Source: Mariprofundus sp. (GTDB lineage Bacteria; Pseudomonadota; Zetaproteobacteria; Mariprofundales; Mariprofundaceae). Taken from it: 54,434 nt of DNA. The notes under the pieces are model-generated. The model was not told the origin of the DNA, did no database searches, and saw only the letters and a list, made by a program, of their open reading frames with translations. The translations under genes were made by a program, and so were the position numbers. Below are positions 1 through 8,401 of this stretch, one piece after another (position 1 is the first letter of the stretch; every line of letters begins with the position of its first letter). The stretch lies in the NCBI GenBank assembly GCA_046753565.1, contig JBHHTY010000001.1, forward strand, positions 1 to 54,434, read 5' to 3'.

Positions 1-497
1 AAATAGCGATCGCCCTGCGCTTTGGCCTCGTCAAATTGCTCCGGAGCTGCTGCTTCCAGTGCCGCGAGAAATTGTGCAGTGTGAGCGGGATTTTCATGGG
101 ATGGATTCAGATCTGCCATCATGCGCCAGTATCCCTGGCCGTGTTTCATTTCTGTCCAGCTGATATGGATATGTACCGATGGAGCCAGTGGATGTACGGG
201 GTGAATGATGGTTGAGATGGCTGTTGCCGAGCCCAGTTTCTTTTCTGTATCATCATCGTAATGGACCTGCGAGACATTGACCGATCCACGTCCGAACAGG
301 TCGCCATTCGCAGTTTCATAACGTACGCCGCCGCCATGATACCCTTCATCGCGAAACCACTCGATGGCGGAAAATGACTGGGCAGCACCCGTGTTTTTAG
401 CCAGTTTCTCCAGCCCTGATACAAAACGCTGCTGCAGGAATGTAACCAGTTCGTGTGCACGGCTTGCGCTGGTGGATGATGCCGGAATACGTTTCAT
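1..497 (-). CDS. hemF: Oxygen-dependent coproporphyrinogen III oxidase, 5' part (runs off the window start)
   Basis: Absent from the ORF track; translated by hand from ATG at 497: MKRIPASS...GYHGGGVRY...FGRGSVNVSQVH...SATAISTIIHPVHPLAPSVHIHISWTE...MADLNPS...QGDRY. This matches the HemF motif pattern (GGG, GVNxSxV, SxxxHPxNPxxPxxH, DLxP). AGGA RBS upstream. Confidence 0.8.
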   Translation of the reverse strand, partial: MKRIPASSTSASRAHELVTFLQQRFVSGLEKLAKNTGAAQSFSAIEWFRDEGYHGGGVRYETANGDLFGRGSVNVSQVHYDDDTEKKLGSATAISTIIHPVHPLAPSVHIHISWTEMKHGQGYWRMMADLNPSHENPAHTAQFLAALEAAAPEQFDEAKAQGDRY

Positions 498-587
498 GTG
501 AGGGTGTCCTGTGGTCGTCAAATGGATGGTAGTCGAATGGCGGCGGAGTATGGAGGTCAATAAAGCGGCCTTCAAGCATGCAGGTGG

Positions 588-823
588 TTATTCCGCAACA
601 AGCCAGTTCAGGCTGGCTTGTGCTTTCCCCTTTGCGAGATGATCGGAAATCCAGTTGAGCGATGTTTTGATGTGCTTTTGTGCATGCAACGGCTGGCAAA
701 TGTATCGAAAAGGAACAGCGGGGATGCTTTTTGCTGCATGCCGGCAACCAGGTCGCCGAGGATGATGTGTTTGAGGACGTCGGCATGATTGCCGGCATGG
801 TAGTTGTGCTGATAACTGAGCAT
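588..823 (-). pseudogene. rlmJ: 23S rRNA m6A2030 methyltransferase RlmJ remnant with a large internal deletion and frameshift
   Basis: MLSYQHNYHAGNHADVLKH...PLFLFDTFA is the RlmJ N-terminus. A second frame ending at 588 gives PLHAQKHIKTSLNWISDHLAKGKAQASLNWLVAE, resembling the RlmJ C-terminus. The middle of the gene is missing. Confidence 0.8.
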
Positions 824-936
824 CGCTGTATACTGAATGGCTGTGCCGGGGTTGCAAACAGCCGGATATTGGTGTGATTGATGCAGGCTGATCCGTTCAG
901 TGGTAAGAAAACAACCTGTCGACTATACTGTCAAAT

Positions 937-3870
937 ATGATTTTTCGGGGTACATGGATATTTTTGCTGGTGCTGGCTGTTTTCGGAGCCGCAATCCAGG
1001 GCAATGCAGCTCCACTGACAGCCCAGTTCCGGAACTGGGTTGATGAGTTCAAACAGGAGCCGCATGGTCCGTTTGGTGCGGTGAAATGGTTTTGTAACGA
1101 CGGTGTTGTGTTGCCGCCCAAAGAGTACGCCTGCCGGGAACATGGCGGCGGGGTTCAGCATGGTGAATGGAATGATCGTGCCCATGTTATGCGGGCTAAT
1201 GGCTATCTTGTCGGCAATCTGCTTTCTGCTACAAAATCGGAAGATTTTACCGGCCCGGATGCGCATCTGGACGATTTGAGACAAATCCTGCTCGAGCAGT
1301 TTTTGATTCGCGTGAACGATGGCTGGGTTTTTCGTCAGGCCAGATTCTATCGGGGAGCCATTCAGGTGGAAGTCGAGCAGGATGCGGCCAGCAAGATTTT
1401 GTTTGCCATGCTGGAAGACCCTGCATGGCAAACGCCGGAACGCTATTTGTTATTGCGTGAGACAGCGCGTTTGTTGCCGCTTTCTGTAGAGCCGGAACTG
1501 GGTGTGAAGATTCGCGATGCTGCCACTGAAATCTCGGGAAAGGACGAGGGGTTTCACGATCTGCGTGTCAAGATACACAGCCTGCCGGACCGGGGCGATG
1601 CAGCGAATGTCCGGGCCTATGCCCGCAATCGGGGGCGGGCCGATTTGCAGGAAATGTATGAGTCGCTGGCAGCTGATCTGGATACTCTGTATGCATCGCA
1701 GACAACCATACTTCGTCTCAAACAGCTGGCTGATGAATCGGCCAATCAGCACTTTAAAGATAAAATGCTGGAAGCGTCAGATGCTTTGAAGAGGGCGGGT
1801 GATGTTCCTGCAGCGATTGCCGTGGCCTCATCAAGGGCTTTGATATTTCGTAACATTCTGCTGCATAAAAACAGCTATACGGTGTACAACCGTTTGCGCT
1901 TTCTGCGGGCTTCACTGATTCTGGAACAGGAAATCTATGCGCTGGGAAATCAGTTGATTGAGTTATCAACAAAAACAAGTCGGGCTACCCGTCTGGGCTG
2001 GTTGCGGTATCTGGGAGATGCGCTGCAGGCAACCGGATTGCTGTCTGATCGCCAGTGGCGATCGGCGCGCTCTGAACTGGACAAGATGATGCATAATGAT
2101 GATATCAATGTGCATGATTATTATACAGGTTTGCGCTATCTGGCACGTGTCAGTGAGTGGGCCCAGCGTTCACTGGAATTTCATTTCGATCATACGGTGA
2201 ATCAGTGGCTGCATATCACACCGCTGGCCCGGAATTTTTTACCCGAGCGCCTGCGTAGCAGTCCACTGTTGCCATTCACACGTATTCTGGATTCACTGGT
2301 TACCGATGCGGGGCATCTCAGTGGCATCAAACATCGGGTGTTCGGGCGGGAAATAGCAACCGGATTACGAGCCCTGAATCCGGGTCTTCGGCGAGGAATA
2401 TTGTTGTCGGCTCCGGTTGCAGGGGAGGATATGCGTGCCGACGGGATTTATATGCTGGACGCAACACGGCAGGAATTGAAGCCGGTGGCCGGTATTATTA
2501 CCCGGGGCGAAGGGAGTTCTGTATCGCATATGCAGTTGTTGGCACGCAATCTCGGTATTCCCAACATGGTTGTGGATGATGACTTGTTCGAAAGTATTCG
2601 AGCTCATATCGGAGAACGCATTGTGATGGCAATCAGCTATCAGGGCATGGTTTCCATCGAGCCGGATGATACGAAATGGGATGCTGTTTTTGGCCGTGAT
2701 GCGATGGTCAGGGATGTGATTGCCGCCGATATGAAAAAACTGAATCTGAGCGATACGGAACTGAAATCTCTGGCCAGTATCCGGGCCCGGGATTCAGGCC
2801 GGGTTGTTGGCCCCAAAGCGGCCAACCTGGGAGAATTGTTTCATTATTATCCGGATATGGTGAACCGGGGTATCGTGCTCCCGTTCGGCCTGTTTCGAAA
2901 GCATCTGGATCAGCCTTTTGAGCCGGGTGGAGTGAGTGTTTTTGCATGGATGCAGTCTGAATATCAACGTTTGGCGAAGATTGGTAGTGACACAGAGCGA
3001 AAACAGGAGGCGAGGCTGTTTCTGGCCCGGCTGCGGGCATGGATTCTCAACAGTGATCCCGGCGCTGTTTTCCGCCAAAAACTTCACAGTGCGCTGCGAC
3101 ATGAATTCGGTGAGGATGGCAGTTACGGTCTGTTTGTGCGCAGTGATACCAATGTCGAGGATATGCCCGGCTTCAATGGCGCTGGATTGAACCTGACCGT
3201 GCCCAATGTGGTGGGGTTCGAGAATATTATTGCGGCGATTTTGCGTGTCTGGGCATCGCCGTTTACCGAACGCGCTTTTGCCTGGCGACAGTCGTACATG
3301 CAAAATCCCGAACATGTGTATCCTGCGGTCCTGTTGATGAAGAGTTTTGCATCCGAAAAATCAGGCGTGCTTGTGACCTCGGATGTCGATAACGGAGACA
3401 GGCAATGGATTTCCATTGCCATTAATGAAGGTGTTGGTGGTGCTGTGGAAGGCCAGGCGGCGGAAGAACTCAGGGTACAGCGAAGCAATGGTACCGTGAA
3501 ACTGCTGTCGCAGGCATCTGCACCTGAGCGCGCCGAACTTGATCCTCAGGGCGGTGTGACCAAACGGGCGGCCAGCGGTCGCGAGTATGTGTTGTCAAAA
3601 GGTGAAATTGAGCAGTTGCGCCATCTGGTTGCTGATGTGGAGCAGCGTTTCCCGCTGCCGCGCAATGATGATGGCTTACCTGTTGTCGCCGATATCGAAT
3701 TTGGTTTCCGACATGGAAAAATGGCACTGTTCCAGATTCGTCCCTTTGTCGAGAGTCTGCGTGCAAGCCGCAGTCTGGCTCTGGTTGACATGGACAGGCA
3801 CTTGTCCGGCAATGGAGAGGCCCGGGTTCAGCTGAATCAGGAACCGCTGGTATCGGATGGCCCGAAATGA
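937..3870 (+). CDS. Exported PEP-synthase/dikinase-like protein (signal peptide, unknown N-domain, phospho-His swivel domain, C-terminal ATP-grasp nucleotide-binding domain)
   Basis: Hydrophobic N-terminus ending in GNAA; swivel motif GIITRGEGSSVSHMQLLARNLGIP (His531); PPDK_N motifs VGPKAANLGEL, FVRSDTNVEDMPGFNGAGLN, EKSGVL, EGVGGAV, DIEFGF...LFQIRP. Confidence 0.85.
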   Translation: MIFRGTWIFLLVLAVFGAAIQGNAAPLTAQFRNWVDEFKQEPHGPFGAVKWFCNDGVVLPPKEYACREHGGGVQHGEWNDRAHVMRANGYLVGNLLSATKSEDFTGPDAHLDDLRQILLEQFLIRVNDGWVFRQARFYRGAIQVEVEQDAASKILFAMLEDPAWQTPERYLLLRETARLLPLSVEPELGVKIRDAATEISGKDEGFHDLRVKIHSLPDRGDAANVRAYARNRGRADLQEMYESLAADLDTLYASQTTILRLKQLADESANQHFKDKMLEASDALKRAGDVPAAIAVASSRALIFRNILLHKNSYTVYNRLRFLRASLILEQEIYALGNQLIELSTKTSRATRLGWLRYLGDALQATGLLSDRQWRSARSELDKMMHNDDINVHDYYTGLRYLARVSEWAQRSLEFHFDHTVNQWLHITPLARNFLPERLRSSPLLPFTRILDSLVTDAGHLSGIKHRVFGREIATGLRALNPGLRRGILLSAPVAGEDMRADGIYMLDATRQELKPVAGIITRGEGSSVSHMQLLARNLGIPNMVVDDDLFESIRAHIGERIVMAISYQGMVSIEPDDTKWDAVFGRDAMVRDVIAADMKKLNLSDTELKSLASIRARDSGRVVGPKAANLGELFHYYPDMVNRGIVLPFGLFRKHLDQPFEPGGVSVFAWMQSEYQRLAKIGSDTERKQEARLFLARLRAWILNSDPGAVFRQKLHSALRHEFGEDGSYGLFVRSDTNVEDMPGFNGAGLNLTVPNVVGFENIIAAILRVWASPFTERAFAWRQSYMQNPEHVYPAVLLMKSFASEKSGVLVTSDVDNGDRQWISIAINEGVGGAVEGQAAEELRVQRSNGTVKLLSQASAPERAELDPQGGVTKRAASGREYVLSKGEIEQLRHLVADVEQRFPLPRNDDGLPVVADIEFGFRHGKMALFQIRPFVESLRASRSLALVDMDRHLSGNGEARVQLNQEPLVSDGPK

Positions 3871-5138
3871 TGCGGTTGCTGGTTTTTATTGTTTCTTTGA
3901 TGCTGTTGCCGTGCGATGCCTGTGCGTTTCCTCTGGATGGTGCGGCTGAAACCGGCATTGCCCGCCTGGATGGTTACCGATTGGCGCAGCAGGGAAAAAT
4001 ACGGGGCAATCGCGTCCCTGTCGGCGCGCAATTGCACACGGATCAGGTCCGGTTGAGTTTGCAGGGTAAATTCGAACAGGGATTGCCTGCTACGGATCCG
4101 GAATTATCGAAGGCCGTGATCAAACTGCTGGGCGCGGATGCGCCCGATTACAGCATCAGCGTGCTGGACTTCAGTGATATGGACAGGCCGCGCTATGCGG
4201 AATTTCAGGCCAATGTGATTCGCAATCCGGGCAGCGTGGGGAAGCTGGTTGTCGCTCTGGCTCTTTTTCAGGCGCTTGCCGATATTTATCCCGATGATAT
4301 TGCCGCCCGTGAGAAAGTACTGCGGGACAGTATGATTGTGGCCGATGAATTTATCCGTACAGATCATCATACAGTTCCATTCTGGTATCCGGACAGGATG
4401 CGTATGGTCAAACGCCCACTGGCCGAAGGCGATGTTGCCAATTTCTGGACTTATCTGGACTGGATGCTGTCGGCCAGTTCGAATGCGGCTGCCAGTATGG
4501 TATTCAAGCATGTGATGCTGTTGCGTCACTTTGGCCGTGATTATCCGGTCAGCCGGGAAAAAGAGCATGAATATTTTGATGGGACACCAAAAAAAGAGCT
4601 CAGTGAGGCATTATTGGCGGCTTTGCAGCATCCGGTTATCCGTAACGGGCTGGATCCTTTCAGCCTCAGGCAGGGCGGTTTCTTTTCCCGCACAGGCAAG
4701 CGGCGTGTGCCGGGGAGTAACAGTATTGCCACAGCCCGGGAACTGATGTTTTATATTCTGAAGATGGAGCAGGGTAAACTGGTCGATGCCTGGTCCAGTT
4801 TGCAGATCAAGCGGCTTTTATACATGACCCAGTGGCGTATTCGTTATGCTTCCTCCCCAGCCCTGAAGGATGCCGCAGTGTATTTCAAGTCAGGCTCTTT
4901 TTACAAGTGCAAGCCTGAAGCCGGTTTTGTATGCAGGAAATATCAGGGCAATGTGCTGAATCTGATGAACTCTGTTGCCATCATTGAATCTCCGGCGGGT
5001 TCGCCGGTGTTGAAATATATGGTGGTGGTTACATCAAACGTTTTGCGGAAGAACTCTGCTGTGGCTCAGCAGACGCTAGCGACGCGCTTGCATCGATTGA
5101 TGCAACGTCTGCATCATGTGCATGCAGGGAAACGATGA
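3867..5138 (+). CDS. Exported serine hydrolase, class A beta-lactamase/PBP fold
   Basis: Signal peptide (ACA-FP); SxxK = GSVGK, SxN = SSN, KSG = YFKSGS. ATGA overlap with the dikinase stop codon. Confidence 0.85.
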   Translation: MMRLLVFIVSLMLLPCDACAFPLDGAAETGIARLDGYRLAQQGKIRGNRVPVGAQLHTDQVRLSLQGKFEQGLPATDPELSKAVIKLLGADAPDYSISVLDFSDMDRPRYAEFQANVIRNPGSVGKLVVALALFQALADIYPDDIAAREKVLRDSMIVADEFIRTDHHTVPFWYPDRMRMVKRPLAEGDVANFWTYLDWMLSASSNAAASMVFKHVMLLRHFGRDYPVSREKEHEYFDGTPKKELSEALLAALQHPVIRNGLDPFSLRQGGFFSRTGKRRVPGSNSIATARELMFYILKMEQGKLVDAWSSLQIKRLLYMTQWRIRYASSPALKDAAVYFKSGSFYKCKPEAGFVCRKYQGNVLNLMNSVAIIESPAGSPVLKYMVVVTSNVLRKNSAVAQQTLATRLHRLMQRLHHVHAGKR

Positions 5139-6072
5139 TGGCATCCATTTCGTGGATCAGTTTTTTCATCCATTGCCCGCCTTTGGGGTCCCTGGCCAGC
5201 GCAACGGCAATATAACGACGCCCGTCATGTTCAATCAGGGCACTGTCGGCATGGTATGTCCGCCATGTGCCCGATTTCCGGTACATCTGAAGATCGCTGT
5301 AATGGCTGGCTTCCAATCCTTTGACAAACTTGTGGCTGATGCCCGGTTTGGAAAGAATGTCTTTCATTTCATGTGAATATTTCGGTGATACCAGCTGACC
5401 GGTTTCCAGCAGATAATAGTAGCGGGCTGTTTGCATGGCCGTGGCGCCATGCGAGAGGTTGTGCAGCGGATCGCGATGGAATGCCTGTCCGCCTGCATAT
5501 TCCTTGCCGACCCACAGGCCGCCATTGTGGTTCGGGTCATAGAGCTTGTATTTCGGTGATTCGAGAACTTTATTGATATAATTGCCGCCGACTTTTCTGA
5601 TCATTTTGGTGGCGGCCTTGTTGGATGAATGGCGGATCATACTGGTCATGGTTTTACGTAAATCATTATCCAGTGGCAGTTTTCCGGCGGCGATGCGTTC
5701 AAAGGCGGCCAGCAGGATTGCAATCTTGGGCATGCTGGCGGCATACATCATTTCATCACCGTTGACCTGTGCCATGCTGGGGGCGGACGGGTCAGTGACA
5801 TCCACCAGTGCCACAGCCAGGCGTTTATCACGGATCGCACTGCTCAGATGCAGCGAGGCAATGTGCTGTTCCAGCATTTTCTGCATGGTCGGATTGGCAT
5901 GGTCACGAATGGCAGGGTAATGTTTTTTCAATTTGATGGTGGTTTTATGATTGTTGGCCGGATGATGGGTATGCTCAACGGAGATGGATTTGGGAGGGGC
6001 AAGCATAAAGAAAAGCAGTCCGGTAATGAGTCTGAACCACAACCTTACTGCCATACGCGATTTGTGTGCCAT
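5029..6072 (-). CDS. Exported serine hydrolase, class A beta-lactamase/PBP fold (paralog 1)
   Basis: YAASMPK (SxxK), HSSNKA (SxN), YRKSGT (KSG); N-terminal hydrophobic segment. Start placed at MAHKSR (6072) after a GGGGAAGG tract; the ORF is open to 6126. Confidence 0.85.
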   Translation of the reverse strand: MAHKSRMAVRLWFRLITGLLFFMLAPPKSISVEHTHHPANNHKTTIKLKKHYPAIRDHANPTMQKMLEQHIASLHLSSAIRDKRLAVALVDVTDPSAPSMAQVNGDEMMYAASMPKIAILLAAFERIAAGKLPLDNDLRKTMTSMIRHSSNKAATKMIRKVGGNYINKVLESPKYKLYDPNHNGGLWVGKEYAGGQAFHRDPLHNLSHGATAMQTARYYYLLETGQLVSPKYSHEMKDILSKPGISHKFVKGLEASHYSDLQMYRKSGTWRTYHADSALIEHDGRRYIAVALARDPKGGQWMKKLIHEMDAIIVSLHAHDADVASIDASASLASAEPQQSSSAKRLM

Positions 6073-6144
6073 ACGCGCCTTCCCCGCCGAAACAGCTGCT
6101 TCCGACTGTACAAGCCATGCCATCATACCCCATAATCATCCGCC

Positions 6145-7413
6145 ATGTCAATCATACAGGACGCAACGCATAACCGCCCTTTACTCCGTTGCGTGTTTTT
6201 GTTCACCAACTTTTTTCTGATTATTGCAGCTCTGTACCACCTCAAGCCGGCCAGCCGTTCGATATTTCTGGAGGCATTGGGCAGTGAGTTTTTGCCCTAT
6301 GTGTGGATTGTCACAGCGCTGATGCTGGGCCTGGTTGTTTCTTTTTATTATCGCCTGATCGCACGCTTTTCCCGATTGCGTGTGGTACTTGCAACGGTGT
6401 CGATCATTATCGTCATGTTGATCGGTTTCCGGCTATTACTGACGCATCCTTCACAGCTGACATCTTTCGCATTTTTCGTTTTTGTCGATATGCTCAGTGT
6501 GATACTGGTGGAACAGTTCTGGAGCCTTACCAACAGCATTTATTCCGAGCATGATGGTAAACGCTGGTATGGGCTGATTGCAACCGGAGGGCTGGTCGGC
6601 GGCGTGGTTGGCGGCCAGGCCACGGATATTCTCATCAGGCAGGCAGGTTTGCAGACCATAGATCTGCTGATGGTAGCTACAGTGATTCTGCTGGGGCTTG
6701 CTGCGTTGACATTACTGATGCAACGCGTCGGTTTATATCAGCCTGTCAGTATAACGATCAATGAAAGGGAAGTTGAAAAGGGCAGCTGGCGTGCGATTCT
6801 TGCCAATCGCTATCTGAAACTGATTGCCCTGATTGTGCTGCTGGCACAGATGGTGGCGCCGTTGGTGGAATACCAGTTTATGAGTGTCATCGAAGCGACC
6901 CTGAGCGGTCGTGATGAGCGCACCGCCTTTTTGGGTGAAATATTCAGCCTGCTGGGGGTCGTGGCGATTGCTGTGAACGTGCTGATTGTACCGCTGGTGC
7001 ATCGCTGGCTGGGCGTGATTGCAGGCCTGAGTGCACAACCGCTTGCCGTATTTATCAGTTCCCTTTTCTATATGGCCTCCCCGAGCCTTGTGACGGGATC
7101 GGCACTTCAGATTGCGGATCGCGGTTTATCGTATTCCATCAATCGTGCATCGAAAGAATTGCTGTATATTTCGGTGAACCCGCTGTTGATTTTTCAGGCC
7201 AAGGCATGGATTGATATGTTCGGCTATCGCCTGTTCAAGGTGTTGAGTTCTTTTTTGATTCTGTTGCTGACGCAGTGGCTGCCATTTACGCTGCCCAGTG
7301 CCGATTTGATCTGGCTGGTGCTGTTGATCTGTATTGTCTGGGGGGTGACACTGCTGGCTTTGAGGCGTGAATACAGACGAAGGTCTTCGGGTGCATACGA
7401 TATGGACCAATAA
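6145..7413 (+). CDS. Npt1/Npt2 (TLC/NTT) family nucleotide (ATP/ADP) exchange transporter
   Basis: About 12 hydrophobic segments; family motifs YHLKPASRSIF, EQFWSLTNSIY...KRWYGLIATGGLVGG, SYSINRASKELLY, QAKAWIDMFGYR. Confidence 0.85.
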   Translation: MSIIQDATHNRPLLRCVFLFTNFFLIIAALYHLKPASRSIFLEALGSEFLPYVWIVTALMLGLVVSFYYRLIARFSRLRVVLATVSIIIVMLIGFRLLLTHPSQLTSFAFFVFVDMLSVILVEQFWSLTNSIYSEHDGKRWYGLIATGGLVGGVVGGQATDILIRQAGLQTIDLLMVATVILLGLAALTLLMQRVGLYQPVSITINEREVEKGSWRAILANRYLKLIALIVLLAQMVAPLVEYQFMSVIEATLSGRDERTAFLGEIFSLLGVVAIAVNVLIVPLVHRWLGVIAGLSAQPLAVFISSLFYMASPSLVTGSALQIADRGLSYSINRASKELLYISVNPLLIFQAKAWIDMFGYRLFKVLSSFLILLLTQWLPFTLPSADLIWLVLLICIVWGVTLLALRREYRRRSSGAYDMDQ

Positions 7414-7440
7414 AAAATGCCCGGCATATGCCGGGCATTT
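7412..7440 (-). terminator. Intrinsic terminator between the convergent transporter and paralog 2
   Basis: Perfect 26-bp palindrome AAATGCCCGGCATATGCCGGGCATTT (7415-7440), with an A6 run giving a U-tract on the minus strand. Confidence 0.75.
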
Positions 7441-7459
7441 GTAAACAGAAGCAGAAGAC

Positions 7460-8401
7460 TTACATGATGCGTTTGGCCGCCGATAGCGGTGCCTGCGCAA
7501 CCTTCGTGGCGCTTGCCTGAGCAGCAAAATCGGCATGCTGAAAAATAATATGATCCATTTCACGAATCAAACGGGTCATCCAGATACCGCCTTTTGCATC
7601 ATGTGCCAGTGCGACGGCAATGTAGCGGCGTCCGTTATGTTCAATCAGGGCGCTGTCCGCATGGTAGGAGCGCCAGCTGCCTGATTTTCTGTAAATTTTC
7701 GCGTTGGTGTCACTCAGGCCCTTGACGAATTTATGATGGATACCGGGCTTGGACAGAATTGTTTTCATTTCGTGTGAAAAGGTCGGAGAAACGAGGCTGC
7801 CGGTTTCCAGCATATAGTAGAAGCGGGCGACCTGCATGGCTGTGGCGCCATGCGACAGATTATGCAGCGGGTCGCGATGGAAGGCGGCACTGCCGGCATA
7901 TTCCTTGCCAACCCAGAGACCACCGTTGTAGTTCGGGTCATAAAGCTTGTATTTCGGGGATGCCAGCACCTGGTTAATATATTCCTTGCCGACTTTTCTG
8001 ATCATGGCCGTGGCATCTTTGTTGGATGAGTGGCGGATCATTCTGGTCATGGTTTCGCGCGTGTCTTTATTCAGGCTCAGTTCGCCATGCGCAATGCGCT
8101 CGAAAGCAGCCAGCAGGATGGCGATTTTAGGCAGGCTGGCAGCATACATCATTTCGTCGCCATTGATCTGTGCCATGCTTGGTGCAGACGGGTCGGTGAC
8201 ATCGACCAGCGCAATCGAGAGGTGTTTTTGTCTGACGGCCTTGTTCAGATGGAGGTATTTGATACTGGCATCAAGGCGTTGTTGCAAATCAGGACTGGAA
8301 TACTGGCGAATGGAGGTGTGTGTGGTGCCCGATGCAAGGGAATAGGCAGGCATCATAACGATCACACTGTAGAAAAAGGCGAGCAGCATTTTCAATGCCA
8401 T
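7460..8401 (-). CDS. Exported serine hydrolase, class A beta-lactamase/PBP fold (paralog 2)
   Basis: AAGGAG RBS before MALKMLLAFF... signal peptide; YAASLPK, HSSNKD, YRKSGS; long near-identical stretches shared with 5029-6072. Confidence 0.87.
   Translation of the reverse strand: MALKMLLAFFYSVIVMMPAYSLASGTTHTSIRQYSSPDLQQRLDASIKYLHLNKAVRQKHLSIALVDVTDPSAPSMAQINGDEMMYAASLPKIAILLAAFERIAHGELSLNKDTRETMTRMIRHSSNKDATAMIRKVGKEYINQVLASPKYKLYDPNYNGGLWVGKEYAGSAAFHRDPLHNLSHGATAMQVARFYYMLETGSLVSPTFSHEMKTILSKPGIHHKFVKGLSDTNAKIYRKSGSWRSYHADSALIEHNGRRYIAVALAHDAKGGIWMTRLIREMDHIIFQHADFAAQASATKVAQAPLSAAKRIM

Noticed and set aside
937-3870. Calling this gene ppsA (PEP synthase) or rifampicin phosphotransferase
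   Set aside because: The domain order is reversed relative to both, there is no pyruvate-binding barrel, and it has a signal peptide.
3867-8401. Calling the SxxK proteins beta-lactam resistance genes
   Set aside because: Fold motifs are present but no ExxLN omega-loop motif is visible; activity cannot be inferred from sequence.
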